From an uncultured bacterium (GTDB lineage Bacteria > Verrucomicrobiota > Verrucomicrobiia > Verrucomicrobiales > DEV007), in contig CAXBMO010000007.1 in NCBI GenBank assembly GCA_963977015.1, positions 192,001 through 256,000 of the forward strand: 64,000 nucleotides of DNA, given 5' to 3'. Made by a program: the position numbers and the translations under genes. Of the stretch, positions 63,597 through 64,000 are shown one piece after another (within the stretch, counting starts at the first letter, position 1; each line of letters opens with the position of its first letter). The notes under the pieces were generated by a model, which was not told the DNA's origin, did no database searches, and saw only the letters and a program-made list of their open reading frames with translations.

Positions 63597-64000
63597 TCAG
63601 GCTCGCAGGCTCACAATTCTCCCTTTGTCGCAAATGCCATCTTCAGGCTCAAAGGTCTCGGTTTCCCAATCCCGGCTACCAACGACGCGACCCGCAGTCG
63701 GTCGACTGAACCCCAACCTGGTGGCGGCGAGATGTCGCGCGTAGTTGACGGGGCGTGGCGCATTGATCGGGACGATACAATGAAACAGTGATGGGACTGC
63801 GGTTCCCCGAAAATCCAGATTCCACCCCTTTTTCTGTCCACTTTCTGCAAAGACGCGGTCATCAGGAGTTTCTCCGCGATTCCAACTTTCCCGCAAGAAA
63901 CTCGCATAGGCCTCCCGCGTTTCGTCCGTGGGGTGGAAAGCCTCTACGTGGTAGGTGACTTCCAACGACAAGCGATCCATCTTTCCGAATGAGATTCGGG
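63597..64000 (-). CDS. C-terminal part of a hypothetical protein (5' end outside the window)
   Basis: The frame of ORF 63597..63980 stays open to the window edge (RISFGKMDRLSLEV...). No family recognised. Confidence 0.45.
   Translation of the reverse strand, partial: RISFGKMDRLSLEVTYHVEAFHPTDETREAYASFLRESWNRGETPDDRVFAESGQKKGWNLDFRGTAVPSLFHCIVPINAPRPVNYARHLAATRLGFSRPTAGRVVGSRDWETETFEPEDGICDKGRIVSLRA

Overview
This is a 64-kb, gene-dense bacterial chromosomal segment. The gene set (DUF1592/DUF1552 pair, DUF1549/DUF1553 protein, sulfatase, ceramidase-like protein, PVC-type ECF sigma/FecR pair, TroC-DtxR fusion) points to the PVC superphylum, most likely Verrucomicrobia (inference). Housekeeping genes (ftsK, phoU, trmD, frameshifted prfB, recO, pcm, hflKC, hisH) are interleaved with accessory loci. 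I saw no rRNA, tRNA, CRISPR array, transposase or integrase. Two loci stand out. (1) 57688-60647 is a tightly coupled operon of two different, highly divergent Ku-like proteins (one with an acidic tail, one with a Lys/Ala-rich tail) plus an ATP-dependent DNA ligase with a C-terminal WGR-like domain: a candidate heterodimeric-Ku end-joining system. (2) 27222-32817 is an ECF sigma factor whose overlapping downstream gene is a thioester-containing alpha-2-macroglobulin with an anti-sigma-like N-terminus and six transmembrane helices inserted at the bait-region position: a candidate protease-attack sensor. Other leads are a promoter/hairpin-bounded structured sRNA candidate (~12544-12690), a motif shared upstream of phoU and an OprO/P-type porin (candidate Pho box), an amidase followed by two paralogous exported proteins, a divergent TrpA-like/TrpF-like pair without trpB, and an orphan PotD-type binding protein coupled to a hybrid kinase. 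All assignments come from reading motifs by eye; no searches were run.
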